Shown here: positions 12,179 through 24,507 of the stretch, piece after piece | Position numbering within the stretch: position 1 is the first letter of the stretch | Layout of the letters: the number at the start of each line of letters is the position of its first letter | Assembly (NCBI GenBank): GCA_951406725.2 | Contig: OX597834.1 | Coordinates: 43,834,001 to 43,898,000, forward strand | Origin: Octopus vulgaris | Taxonomy: Eukaryota | Direction of reading: 5' to 3' | Length of the DNA: 64,000 nucleotides | Translations under genes and position numbers: made by a program | The notes under the pieces: generated by a model | Databases searched by the model: none | Told to the model about the DNA's origin: nothing | Seen by the model: only the letters and a program-made list of their open reading frames with translations

Positions 12179-13411
12179 TTTAACTCCGATTCCGCTAACG
12201 TTTTACAGCGCATCAACAAAGGATCGGGCGATATGTGAGACTTCAAAATCTAATTTGCTGTTTTTTTCGTTATCAGCAATATGATCTTGTCTCAATTTCA
12301 TTCTCTCCAATTGGCAGTCAACTTGTTTGCATAATCCTCTCGTCTGTTTCCAGTCATTTTTATATTCTACAATCTTTCTGTCACTTATTTGTTTTTATTA
12401 TACCCCTGTCTGCTTTCGCACAACTTTTATCATACAATCTTTATGTCAATTATTTTATCTGTAATATTATCCAGCCTACTTTCAGTCATTCCCCCCCCCC
12501 TTCTATACTATCTTTCTGCTAAACATTTTCTACGTAACATGCTCTCGTTTGACCACGCTCATATTTTTTTTCCTACAATCTATCTGTCAATCATTTTATT
12601 TGCATAATTCTGTCGTCTGCCCTCATTCATTTTTCACTTGCACTATCTTTTTGTCAGCCATTTTCCCTATAACATCATACCGTCTGTCTTATTTTATTTA
12701 ATCAACAATTTTTCTTCAACACTATCTTTCCGATATTTTATTATTTTTATTATACTTTATATACTCTCATGTTAATTTAATGTACTTTTACATCACTCCT
12801 TTTCGTCTGTATTATTCTTTCATTTAATTTTTCAGGGAGAAATGTATTTTCTTTCCTAAATCAGTTTACTTTTTCCTTTTCAATGGTTTTACTAAAGGGA
12901 ATAATTCGAATATCGAATCTTCATTAATAGTTTTCCTGTTCGGAATTTTACCAACTAACTTTATCAAATATTACTTCGATATTTATATACACGATATTAA
13001 TATATATGTTTGTGTGTGTGTATGATATTAATATAACTCCAATGTTCATCGCTTGCCCATCGTTAATGTTTATTTGTTTGTTTTTCCTTATTTTCTTCTT
13101 ACATTCTATGCTTTCCAAACTTCCAAACTTCCAAGTCCAATATTAAAACCACTTAAAGCTATTTATTACAGCCTTCCTTCGACATCACATCTAACTTTCA
13201 AATACACTTCCTCCAAATCGCAGTTCTTCATCATTTCTTGTCTAAAATCAAACCGGGGTTGGTTTTCGATAATACTTCTCGGCTGGTGCTGAAGTATATC
13301 TTATAACAAGTTTACCTTAGTTTTTCTTCCTGCGATTATTACTATGTTGTCGTTGTTGGTTGTTGTTAAACTCAATCAAAATATGCCTATATGCAACATG
13401 CTATGTTAAGT

Positions 13412-13451
<40 letters not shown>

Positions 13452-13513
13452 TTTTCGTAATGAGATTAAAAAACCCAAGGCTGTGTAGATTTTAGAACAT
13501 TTATAGATAGAAG

Positions 13514-13561
13514 GTCTTACAGCTGTTTCCAGGATATTTATTATATCCCTTCATCGGAGAC
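13514..13561 (-). ncRNA. Minimal type-I hammerhead ribozyme motif
   Basis: Minus strand GTCT|CCGATGA|A GGGATAT-AATAA-ATATCCT G|GAAAC AGCT GTA|AGAC: stem I GTCT/AGAC, 7-bp stem II, palindromic stem III ACAGCTGT, GUA site; U4 replaced by C in the core. Confidence 0.75.
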
Positions 13562-13597
13562 GGTGTGAATGTATGTGCGCGTATAGGTATGTATCTT

Positions 13598-14035
13598 TTA
13601 TTTGTACAGTCATTCGATTGTGGCCATATTGGAGCACTGGTTTGAAGGGTTTAGTCGAAAACTATCGATCAAAGTACATTTTTTAAAGCCTGGTACTTAT
13701 TCTATCGATTTTGTTTGTCGAACGACTAAGTTATGGGGACGTAAAGAAACAAAAACTGGTTGTCAGGAGGTGGCGGAGAGAAACACATACACAAAGACAC
13801 ATGCCGGGATACTTAGGTATATACGCGCACACGCACTCACGCACACATGCGCACACACACACACACAAAATTGTACTGCAGGCTTCTTTCAGTTTCCGCA
13901 CCTATCAAATCCACTCACAAGACTTTGGACTGTTCGAGGCTATAGAACATGCTTGCTCAAGTGCTGTGCAGTGGGAATGAAACTGGAAACATATGGTTGA
14001 TAAACAGATTTAATACCACACAGCCACGGCTGCAC
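13598..14035 (-). mobile_element. SINE family A, diverged full-length copy
   Basis: cagtcattcgattgtggccat..tggagcac tail through accacacagccac head. Confidence 0.75.
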
Positions 14036-14156
14036 CTACTGCAGGAATGCTGTTCATTAGCGCTGGTTCCATTGTTACGAAGGAATGGTAAACTCCACAA
14101 AAACATTTCTTTCTTTCCGCAGAATTTCCCTCCACTCAATTAACATACGCAATAAA

Positions 14157-14335
14157 GGCGCCGTGTGGTGAGACGTTTGTTTCCTAACCATATTCTTCCG
14201 GGTTCAGTCCTACTTCCTCGTATCCTGGAATCTTGGGCAAGTCTTTTTCTACTATAGCCACGGGCTGACCAAAACATAAAGCCTAATGCCTTATGAGTGG
14301 AGTTGGTTGATGGAGACTGAAAAAAGTCCGTCATG
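14157..14335 (+). mobile_element. SINE family A, 5' half
   Basis: gtgtggtgag...ttccgggttcagtcc...cttgggcaagtct.ttctactatagcc. Confidence 0.75.
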
Positions 14336-14339
14336 TATA

Positions 14340-14616
14340 TACGAAGATGAGTCAAAATGTAATGACATTTTGTTTAGGACAGGTATAATTACAAACACAG
14401 GAACATGTATCATGCAACAAAATGAAGCTGGTCCTCTGTGGATCACATCTCTACTTCTCAACATAGTCACCGTTTCTCTCAATAGCAATATTCCACCTTC
14501 GAATGAGAGCATGTATCCCGTAAAATTCTTTGAGCCATTCCTTCACTACATTTTTCACTTCCTCGTCACTGGAATAATGCTCTCAAACCCTCTTTCATGG
14601 GGCCGAAGAGATGATA
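14340..14616 (-). mobile_element. Mariner (Tc1/mariner) transposon remnant: transposase C-terminus plus TIR
   Basis: Minus-strand translation YHLFGPMKEGLR/(frameshift)HYSSDEEVKNVVKEWLKEFYGIHALIRRWNIAIERNGDYVEK* (14616-14451) is typical of mariner C-termini; terminus TA|CGAAGATGAGTCAAAA resembles a mariner TIR. Confidence 0.88.
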
Positions 14617-14819
14617 AGTTGTCAAGCATTTAAACCAAATTTTCTCAAAACAACTTGTCCGACCGTCCCATGGGCCTCCCCTTTGAGAAACACTGATTTA
14701 ACCTAAATTTGAGACACCAACAAAAGAAAAAAAAAAGACGTTCTTCTATTCCAAAGTAAAAAGATTTTATTCACACAAATATGCAACCAAAGAGCTTAAA
14801 GTACCAGTAAGTACATCGC

Positions 14820-15006
14820 AACAGATGCACGTTCCCACGGCTTTATCGATCGCATTCTCACCTGGAATCGATTTTTGTACTTTTTTCAAGTCTTATACAC
14901 GACCTGATACCGTCGGTATCTACATATCAAATTTGAGCGCAATCGGATGCAGGATGCTCGAGATCCTAGAAGACACACACACTGACAGGCAGGCTGGATT
15001 TCAAAC

Positions 15007-15059
<53 letters not shown>

Positions 15060-15065
15060 CAGATA
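14820..15065 (+). mobile_element. Possible DINE-1/HINE-like (Helentron-associated) element fragment
   Basis: caaatttgagcgcaatcggatgc followed by a acacac/gacag microsatellite and an atata..agat end resembles the HINE core; recognised by recall only. Confidence 0.3.
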
Positions 15066-15218
15066 ACAAAATTGATCTCGAACGCAGTAAAGCGGTGAAA
15101 GCAGCAGATCTGTTGTTTTCTGTTGTTTTCAAAGTTATACTGCGTTCGAAATTTACTTTCTGGTTTTTAAATACACCAAGCATATTCGAAGTTTCTGAAG
15201 TTTGTTTATAAAATGTTG

Positions 15219-15384
<166 letters not shown>

Positions 15385-15563
15385 TAGCACTTCTGTAAAA
15401 CTTGTACATGAAATATATTATCGCTTTACATCCAAGCATGGTGTAGTTTAATGCCCGATAGGTCTGCTTAATCTTCAAATTAAGATAATCAAATGAAAGA
15501 CGTCTATCACCCTGTCTATACGTGTATATGCGTCTATATAAATAAACGCATATACATACATAC

Positions 15564-15626
<63 letters not shown>

Positions 15627-15649
15627 GACACACACAAACACAGACGCAT

Positions 15650-15681
<32 letters not shown>

Positions 15682-15816
15682 GTGCGTGTGTGTGCGCGGA
15701 TGCAAACGTAAACAGACAATATTAGCAGAATGTGTTTACAAGATAGATCTATGTAATTCAGTAAGTTCTCTTTTATTACGTTACTCCGATATATTTCATA
15801 TATATATATATGCATG

Positions 15817-15867
<51 letters not shown>

Positions 15868-15966
15868 GTATGTATGTATGTATGTATGTATATATGTATG
15901 TATGTATGTATATATATGTATGTATGTATGTATATATATATACATATATATATGTATGTATGTATG

Positions 15967-16051
<85 letters not shown>

Positions 16052-16210
16052 TCCCCAATTGCAAGTCCGCCATTTTGTGTGGTGTTTGTTTCTTCAATTT
16101 CTTCCATCTTGGTTTTGCTTCCACCCATTTTCTCTCTTCGTTCATATTTAAATTTTTTTTTTCTTCTTTGTCTTTTCCTTCTTCTTTTTCTTCTTTTTTT
16201 TCTTCTTCTC

Positions 16211-17011
16211 TTTCTTTATTTCTTTATTCGTTTCAAGCCAATTTAGGAAAAGCAATAATCAGGAGAACTAATTGTCAAAAATTCTTAGAAGATAACGAAA
16301 TAAATAAATAAATAAATCATTTGTCGGTGTGTAACAAAGGCACTCTATGCTGGCTTCACTGAATAGCAGCTCGAAATTAACTTCACTAGAGCACAAATTT
16401 GTTCTAATGTAATCAATCACTCACTCACACAGCCTCTCTTTCTCTATACCCTCTCTATACTTCTCTCTCTCTCTCTCTCTCTCTTTCTTCCTCCCTATTT
16501 ATCTGCCTAGCAATCTATCTCTTTCAATCTATCTCTTTTACTTTCACTTCCACTTTCATTACGTATAGTTTCTATGACAGATTTAAGAGACATAGTGAGA
16601 GAGTGATAGAAAGAAAGCAGTCGGTGACAGAAAGGGGGGAAAAAGAGACTGAGTTAGAAGATGGAGAGATGGTAAGTCAGGGTGAGAATAAGAGACTGAG
16701 AAAGGCAGAGAGAGAGAGAGAGAGAGACAGAGAGACAGAGAGAGACAGAGAGAGACAGAGAGACAGAGAGAGACAGAGAGTCAAGCGTTCCGACAACAAA
16801 TAATGTGTGTAACTAAGTAAATTAACTAACGAAAACAGCAGCCAGGATGTTGGTTTCTTGAGCAGCTGACGAACTGGAAACTTAAAGCCTTGGGTTCAAG
16901 TTGTGAAGAGTCTTCTTTCGATAGATTTACGAAATCTTCAATATTTTTACCAATTGGTTTATTCAATTACACGCAGACACCATATAAACACGCTTAAGTT
17001 ACATATGTATG

Positions 17012-17081
<70 letters not shown>

Positions 17082-17146
17082 CATTTATATGTGTATATAC
17101 ATACATATATATACATATATATACATATATATATAATTGGCATATA

Positions 17147-17177
<31 letters not shown>

Positions 17178-17293
17178 TGTGTGTATAAGTAAACATATAT
17201 TAGCAGCTCTGTTTATAGAGCTCAGAGATATTTTATTGTTTATATATATGTGTGTGTATGTGTGTTTGTGTGTGTGTGTATATATATATATAT

Positions 17294-17332
<39 letters not shown>

Positions 17333-17490
17333 AAATATAAGTATCTATCAATACAGTCATATAAGTGTGTGTGTATACATAAGCATATATACATACTTAT
17401 CTATATATAGATTATATACATACATGCCTGTATATATATGTACATAAGCATATATATATACATGCTTACATGCTTATCTATCTATCTATT

Positions 17491-17533
<43 letters not shown>

Positions 17534-18634
17534 ATATAGATACTCATATATATATACATATGTATGTGTGCGTTTATGTGTATGCCTGTGTTAGTATGTG
17601 TCTGTGTATGTGTTTGTGTCTGTGTGTTTGTGTGTGTGTGTGTGTGATTGAGTGTTTGTAAGTGCAGACGTGGGGTCGGGTAAAGGTGTTCGCTTCGCAA
17701 CCACACAGTTTCCGGTTCAGTGTCTTTGTGTTGTGCCTCGAGCAGACAATTGGTTCCTGAATGAAATTTGCCAGACGGAAGCAGCTTGTGTGAGACGTAT
17801 GGATGGATGTACCTATGCCTCTGTGTGTGTGCGTGTGCTTATGCATTTACGCGTCTGTTCACGTTGAGGACGCTTTTAACTTGGTGATATTTGCTTATTT
17901 CTTTATTTCTTTATTCGTTTCAAGCCAATTTAGGAAAAGCAATAATCAGGAGAACTAATTGTCAAAAATTCTTAGAAGATAACGAAATAAATAAATAAAT
18001 AAATCATTTGTCGGTGTGTAACAAAGGCACTCTATGCTGGCTTCACTGAATAGCAGCTCGAAATTAACTTCACTAGAGCACAAATTTGTTCTAATGTAAT
18101 CAATCACTCACTCACACAGCCTCTCTTTCTCTATACCCTCTCTATACTTCTCTCTCTCTCTCTCTCTCTCTTTCTTCCTCCCTATTTATCTGCCTAGCAA
18201 TCTATCTCTTTCAATCTATCTCTTTTACTTTCACTTCCACTTTCATTACGTATAGTTTCTATGACAGATTTAAGAGACATAGTGAGAGAGTGATAGAAAG
18301 AAAGCAGTCGGTGACAGAAAGGGGGGAAAAAGAGACTGAGTTAGAAGATGGAGAGATGGTAAGTCAGGGTGAGAATAAGACACCTGATGAAGGCTGGAGG
18401 GTATATCAGCCGAAACGTTGCGTTAACAACAAAGAAGATGAGGACAAATATCCGTCGAATGTAAATAATGTAAATAATGTTAATAATTCCTCATCTCTTA
18501 AATATAGAACTGCAATACTGTAATATTACTGATGTTAAACATTGTACGCTGAGGTGTAAACTTAAAGCCTTGGGTTCAAGTTGTGAAGAGTCTTCTTTCG
18601 ATAGATTTACGAAATCTTCAATATTTTTACCAAT
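16211..18634 (+). repeat. Direct duplication: 16211-16693 = 17898-18380 and 16878-16954 = 18558-18634
   Basis: Identical as read, including (CT)n length; offsets 1687 and 1680. Confidence 0.93.
18379..18424 (+). ncRNA. Minimal type-I hammerhead ribozyme motif, intact core
   Basis: GACAC|CTGATGA|A GGCTG-GAGGGTATAT-CAGCC|GAAAC GTT|GCGTT: canonical CUGAUGA and GAAA, 5-bp stem II, palindromic AACGTT stem III, stem I with one mismatch. Confidence 0.8.
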
Positions 18635-18866
18635 GTCTACCTTAATGCATAATCTACAATAATAATAATAATAATACTCTTGTGTTTCTCTCCGTCACAA
18701 CATGTGAATGAGAAAAGAAGGGGCGATAGATGACTGAAGAAGGAAGGGGTGATGAAAACTTGGTAGTGGGATGATGGAAATTCTACGGTGAACCAAAAAC
18801 AGGAAATTAAAGCAGCGTTTCAACTCTGTGTGAGTAAATGTGTGTATGTAAAAGGAAGGTATGTGA

Positions 18867-18933
<67 letters not shown>

Positions 18934-19849
18934 TGTGTGTGTCTGTCTGTATTTGTTCCTACGCCATCGCTTGACAACCGATGCTGTTGTGCTTACGTTC
19001 CCGTAACGTCGAGGTTCACCCCAAAAAATAGACCGATAGGATAAGTACCCAGGCTTACATAGAAAGTTTAAGTATCTATCAATACAGTCATAAAGTGGTG
19101 TTCCAGCATGGCCGCAGTCAAGTGCCTAAAACGAAAAAAAGAATACACACACACACACACACACATATAGTATACACACGCACTCACACAATGGGCTTCC
19201 GCACAGTTTCTGTCTACCGAATTCACTCGTTCGGAACTTATAGTAGTTGACATTTGCGCAATATACCACTCTGTAGAAATTTCGTGGTTGTGATCTCCTT
19301 CACAATAAGTGCTATATATACATACACACACACACACACACACACGCATATATATATCACCGTGATCACCGTGACCGACCAGGCTATCAGATGTTGCTAC
19401 ACATCGCTGGTCACAATGCGTTTCACATCGTTTTAGTCTTTAAATGACGCCACCCCGCTGGCTAAGCGAGCAGGCCAACAGAAGAAAGAGTGAGAGAAAG
19501 TTGTGGCGAAAGAGTACAGCAGGGATCACCACCAAGCCCCTGCCGGAGCCTCGTGGAGCTTTACGCGTCTGTTCACGTTGAGGACGCTTTTAACTTGGTG
19601 ATATTTGCTTATGTTCTATCAATTTGTGATTTGATTGAGATCGATAAAATCCAGACTTTTAAACAAGCTCTCAGGTCAATATTATATATATATACACACA
19701 TACACGCACACACTCACATACATACACACACATTACCGTGCATATTCGACCACATTTTAAATCCTGGATGTTTTTGTGCTTTGTCTTACATTTTCCCTTT
19801 TTTTTTCAAATTGTGATTCTATGTACGTTTATCTGTTCCGCTTGATTAA

Positions 19850-19880
<31 letters not shown>

Positions 19881-20702
19881 TTCACTCTTTCTCTCTCTCT
19901 CTCTCTGTATCTGACAGATAGCTAAAATTTTCGTGCGTGTTTGTTAAGACAGAACGATAAAATCCCTATGCGTCACGCACCGCTGATTACCGTTGCTGTA
20001 TCATGGTTCACGCTAAGACGGACAGGGATGAATTAACCCTTTCACTCGACGTCTGATATTCTTACAGCAACAAAAATATGATTTACTTCCTTTCTTTCGT
20101 TATACGTAGACGCACACATGTACACACACAGAGTACGCACACAGGTCTTCACACAAACACACACCTTGTACACTCTACATGACATACACACAGTTTGCAC
20201 ACGCACCCACACTTTTCCAAGTACCCGGAAAAGTGAGTGTATATATATATGTGTGTGTCTGTGTGTGTTATTACAACACACACTATACACATGAGGACAT
20301 AATATATACGTCGAATGTATATATATATGTATGTATGTATATATATATATTCATATATATATAACATATGCATACATAAATTGTACGCTAGGTATATATC
20401 GGGTGATATATATGAACTGCTCGGATGTGTATGACGAAATAGACTACCGTAATGTATAATTTGTAAATGTCTACCTTAATGCATAATCAATACAATAATA
20501 ATAATAATAATACTCTTGTGTTTCTCTCCGTCACAACATGTGAATGAGAAAAGAAGGGGCGATAGATGACTGAAGAAGGAAGGGTGATGAAAAACTTGGT
20601 AGTGGGATGATGGAAATTCTACGGTGAACCAAAAACAGGAAATTAAAGCAGCGTTTCAACTCTGTGTGAGTAAATGTGTGTATGTAAAAGGAAGGTATGT
20701 GA

Positions 20703-20769
<67 letters not shown>

Positions 20770-21688
20770 TGTGTGTGTCTGTCTGTATTTGTTCCTACGC
20801 CATCGCTTGACAACCGATGCTGTTGTGCTTACGTTCCCGTAACTTCGAGGTTCACCCCAAAAAAATAGACCGATAGGATAAGTACCCAGGCTTACATAGA
20901 AAGTTTCAGGGGCCAGTTTCTTCGACTAAAACACTTTAAAGTGGTGTTCCAGCATGGCCGCAGTCAAGTGCCTAAAACGACAAAAAATACACACACACAC
21001 ACACACACATATAGTATACACACGCACTCACACAATGGGCTTCCGCACAGTTTCTGTCTACCGAATTCACTCGTTCGGAACTTATAGTAGTTGACATTTG
21101 CGCAATATACCACTCTGTAGAAATTTCGTGGTTGTGATCTCCTTCACAATAAGTGCTATATATACATACACACACACACACACACACACGCATATATATA
21201 TCACCGTGATCACCGTGACCGACCAGGCTATCAGATGTTGCTACACATCGCTGGTCACAATGCGTTTCACATCGTTTTAGTCTTTAAATGACGCCACCCC
21301 GCTGGCTAAGCGAGCAGGCCAACAGAAGAAAGAGTGAGAGAAAGTTGTGGCGAAAGAGTACAGCAGGGATCACCACCAAGCCCCTGCCGGAGCCTCGTGG
21401 AGCTTTAGGTGTTTTCGCTCAATAAACACTCACAGCACCCGGTCGGGGAATCGAAACCGCTGCCCTAACTACTGGGCCATTGCGCCTCAATCCCCCCACA
21501 CACACACACATAAATATATATATATATACACACACGCACACGCACACACTCACACATACTGACACACACATTACCGTGCATATTCGACCACATTTTAAAT
21601 CCTGGATGTTTTTGTGCTTTGTCTTACATTTTTCCCTTTTTTTTTCAAATTGTGATTCTACGTACGTTTATCTGTTCCGCTTGATTAA

Positions 21689-21746
<58 letters not shown>

Positions 21747-22220
21747 ACTCTTTCTCTCTCTCTCTCTCTGTATCTGACAGATAGCTAAAATTTTCGTGCG
21801 TGTTTGTTAAAGACAGAACGATAAAATCCCTATGCGTCACGCACCGCTGATTACCGTTGCTGTATCATGGTTCACGCTAAGACGGACAGGGATGAATTAA
21901 CCCTTTCACTCGTCGTCTGATATTCTTACAGCAACAAAAATATGATTTACTTCCTTTTCTTTCGTTATACGTAGACGCACACATGTACACACACAGAGTA
22001 CGCACACATACACACAAACACACACCTTGTACACTCTATGAATTCAAGTACCCGGAAAAGTGAGTGTATATATATATATGTGTGTGTGTAATATATATAC
22101 ACATACACACACATATACACACACATACATATATATACGTATACGGCATGCATATATATATATATATGTATGTATGTATATATATATATTCATATATATA
22201 TACATATGCATACATAAATT
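18632..22220 (+). repeat. Approx. 1.8-kb tandem duplication (18632-20382 vs 20467-22220) with mosaic patches
   Basis: Near-identical blocks starting aatgtctaccttaatgcataatc; offset about 1835; includes SINE A and SINE D pieces. Confidence 0.92.
21200..21488 (-). mobile_element. tRNA-derived SINE family D (other copies at 19356-19561 and 36565-36756)
   Basis: Minus strand gaggcgcaatggcccagt(a/g)gttagggcagcgg...tttcgattccc.gaccgg: Pol III A/B boxes; three homologous copies. Confidence 0.85.
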
Positions 22221-22513
22221 TATATATATATATATATATGTATATATATGTGTGTGTGTGTGTGTGCGTGTGTGCGTGCGTACGTGTGTCTATTTACATG
22301 TATGTAAGTGTGTTTATGTGTGTGTATAATATACATACACATACATATACACATACACATGCACACGCTTGAAAATGAGCTGAGATAAGTAACTCTAGAG
22401 TGGCCAGCGGCCTGGAGATATACTCTTGTACCAGAAAGATAAAGAAAGGTCTGTGAAATAACGTAAACGATAAACGGACTAAACAGAACAGGGAGAAACA
22501 CGTGGATGAAAGA

Positions 22514-22556
22514 GTCGCTGAAGAGGGCACAGGTGTGTAACGAAAGATTTCCAGAC
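22514..22556 (+). ncRNA. Minimal hammerhead ribozyme motif
   Basis: GTCG|CTGAAGA|G GGCACAGGTGTGTAA C|GAA AGATTT C|CAGAC: intact core, G-C closing stem II, quasi-palindromic stem III, UUC site, stem I with a bulge. Confidence 0.55.
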
Positions 22557-22676
22557 AATGGACATAAGATAAAGTAAAAACAATACTAAAGAAATAAAGA
22601 ACGAATATAGGATCTTTGTCGCTTTCGTCACTGTTTACAATTGTTTTTATATATATACAATAATAATAAAGGACGT

Positions 22677-22843
22677 TACCGTATACAGTTTTACAAACCA
22701 ATGACGTTATACAGACCTCCTTGACTCAAGTTAGAGAAGGGGTGCGTATTTTACACAAGGTTTAGGTTTTTCAGAGGTACAGCTCCCTAAAGATCCCCTG
22801 CGTATTATACTCAAGGGCGGACTATATTCGAGGATTTATGGTA
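22677..22843. mobile_element. Possible pogo/Tc2-like MITE remnant
   Basis: TA|CCGTA ... TATGG|TA termini and repeated subterminal tgcgtatt.tac.caagg. Confidence 0.4.
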
Positions 22844-23377
22844 TTGAAGAATTAACCGGATTCTCTCCTGGAGAGTCAACTACAAACCAACTGCTTATTC
22901 TCCCTTTAAAATAATGGGTTTGCATAACAGGGTAGTACAGGGGCAGTTTTTGTTTGCCGCACGGCTAAGCATTATTTATTGTTTAAAAATATATAGAATT
23001 TCACAAATGACACGGATATTCTATAGATTTTGCGTGACTCATCCGTGTTATGATAGGAAATAGATCTTCCTTTTATTATGGCAAATAATATGGAAAGTCC
23101 CATAAAAATTAGAAACTGATCTACCTCAGGGTCGTGCACTAAAATCCTTTGTTTTTGTTTTTTTTTTTTTTTTTTTTGTGTCTACAAAAGTTATCAATCA
23201 AAAGATGATACAGAATGTGCTGTTTATGCCGATGATATTTAAAAACGACTCCAGGTAAGTTTTCAATCCCATTAAAACAACCTTGAGCGTTGCTTAAAGC
23301 AATCTCACCAATTACTATAAATGTCATTTGTTTAATTTCCAGTCTTTTCAAAACACGATGTTCTTCATTCCGTCAAA

Positions 23378-23690
23378 GTGCGTGGCTTAGTGGTTAGGGG
23401 TATACGGCTCACGATTGTAAAGCCGTACGTTCGGTTCCTGCCGGCCGACGCGCTCTATTCTTGAGCAAGGCACTTTCACGTTGTTAGTTTTCTGCACATA
23501 GAAAATTGAAGAGACAGCCTGTGTTACGCTGAAATTCTACTTGGGAAATTACGTTAAGGGCATTCGCGTCTACTTTGCACATTCGGCTGTTCTGTTGATC
23601 GGATCAACCACATGCACATTAATTTCACGAGCACGCTGTTCCGTTATTCGGATCAACTGGAACCCTTGTCGTTGCAAGCGAAGGAGTGCC
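23378..23690 (+). mobile_element. tRNA-derived SINE family C
   Basis: gcgtggcttagtggttagg (A-box), gttcggttcc (B-box), ttcttgagcaaggcacttt; 3' part shared with 358-497. Confidence 0.75.
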
Positions 23691-23706
23691 AGTTTATACA
23701 CACATT

Positions 23707-23739
<33 letters not shown>

Positions 23740-23792
23740 GAACATACACACAGAGAGATATATTGATATATGGACATATATCTTTATATATA

Positions 23793-24025
23793 GGCGGCGG
23801 GCTGGCAGAAACGCTAGCACCCCGGACGAAATGCTTAGCGGTATTTCGTCTGCCGTTACGTTCTGAGTTCAAATTCCGCCGAGGTCGACTTTACCTTTCA
23901 TCCTTTCGAGGTTGATAAATTACGTACCAGTTACGCACTGGGGTCGATGTCATCGACTTAATCCCTTTGTCAGTCCTTGCTTGTCTCTTCTACGTTTAGC
24001 CCCTTGTGGGCAATAAAGAAATAAG
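23793..24025 (+). mobile_element. SINE family B, full length
   Basis: ggcggcgggctggcagaaacg.tagcac.ccggacgaaatgcttagcggtatttcgtc...gagttcaaattcc...cctttcatcctttcg.ggt.gataaatta.gtaccag...gccccttgtgggcaataaagaaataag. Confidence 0.9.
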
Positions 24026-24064
24026 AAAGATATATGGATGTGTAGACAGATAGATAGAAACATG

Positions 24065-24096
<32 letters not shown>

Positions 24097-24283
24097 AACA
24101 GATAGATAATGAATGTATATATTATTCAGGAGGCATAATTGTTAAACTAAAAAAAAAAAAAAAATCGATATATATAGAGAGGGTGATATATATAAAAAAA
24201 AAATGGATAAAAAGCACACAGACAAATACCTTTACAAATTACATTTCACACACACACGTACACACACACACACACACACACAT

Positions 24284-24333
<50 letters not shown>

Positions 24334-24354
24334 ATGTGTGTGTGAGTGTGTGTA

Positions 24355-24400
<46 letters not shown>

Positions 24401-24445
24401 GATTTGTGTGTGTGTGAGTGTATGTATGTTTATATATGTATATAC

Positions 24446-24507
<62 letters not shown>

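Noticed and set aside
23007-23051. 11-bp hairpin ATGACACGGAT/ATCCGTGTTAT
   Set aside because: Short stem with a large loop; expected by chance.
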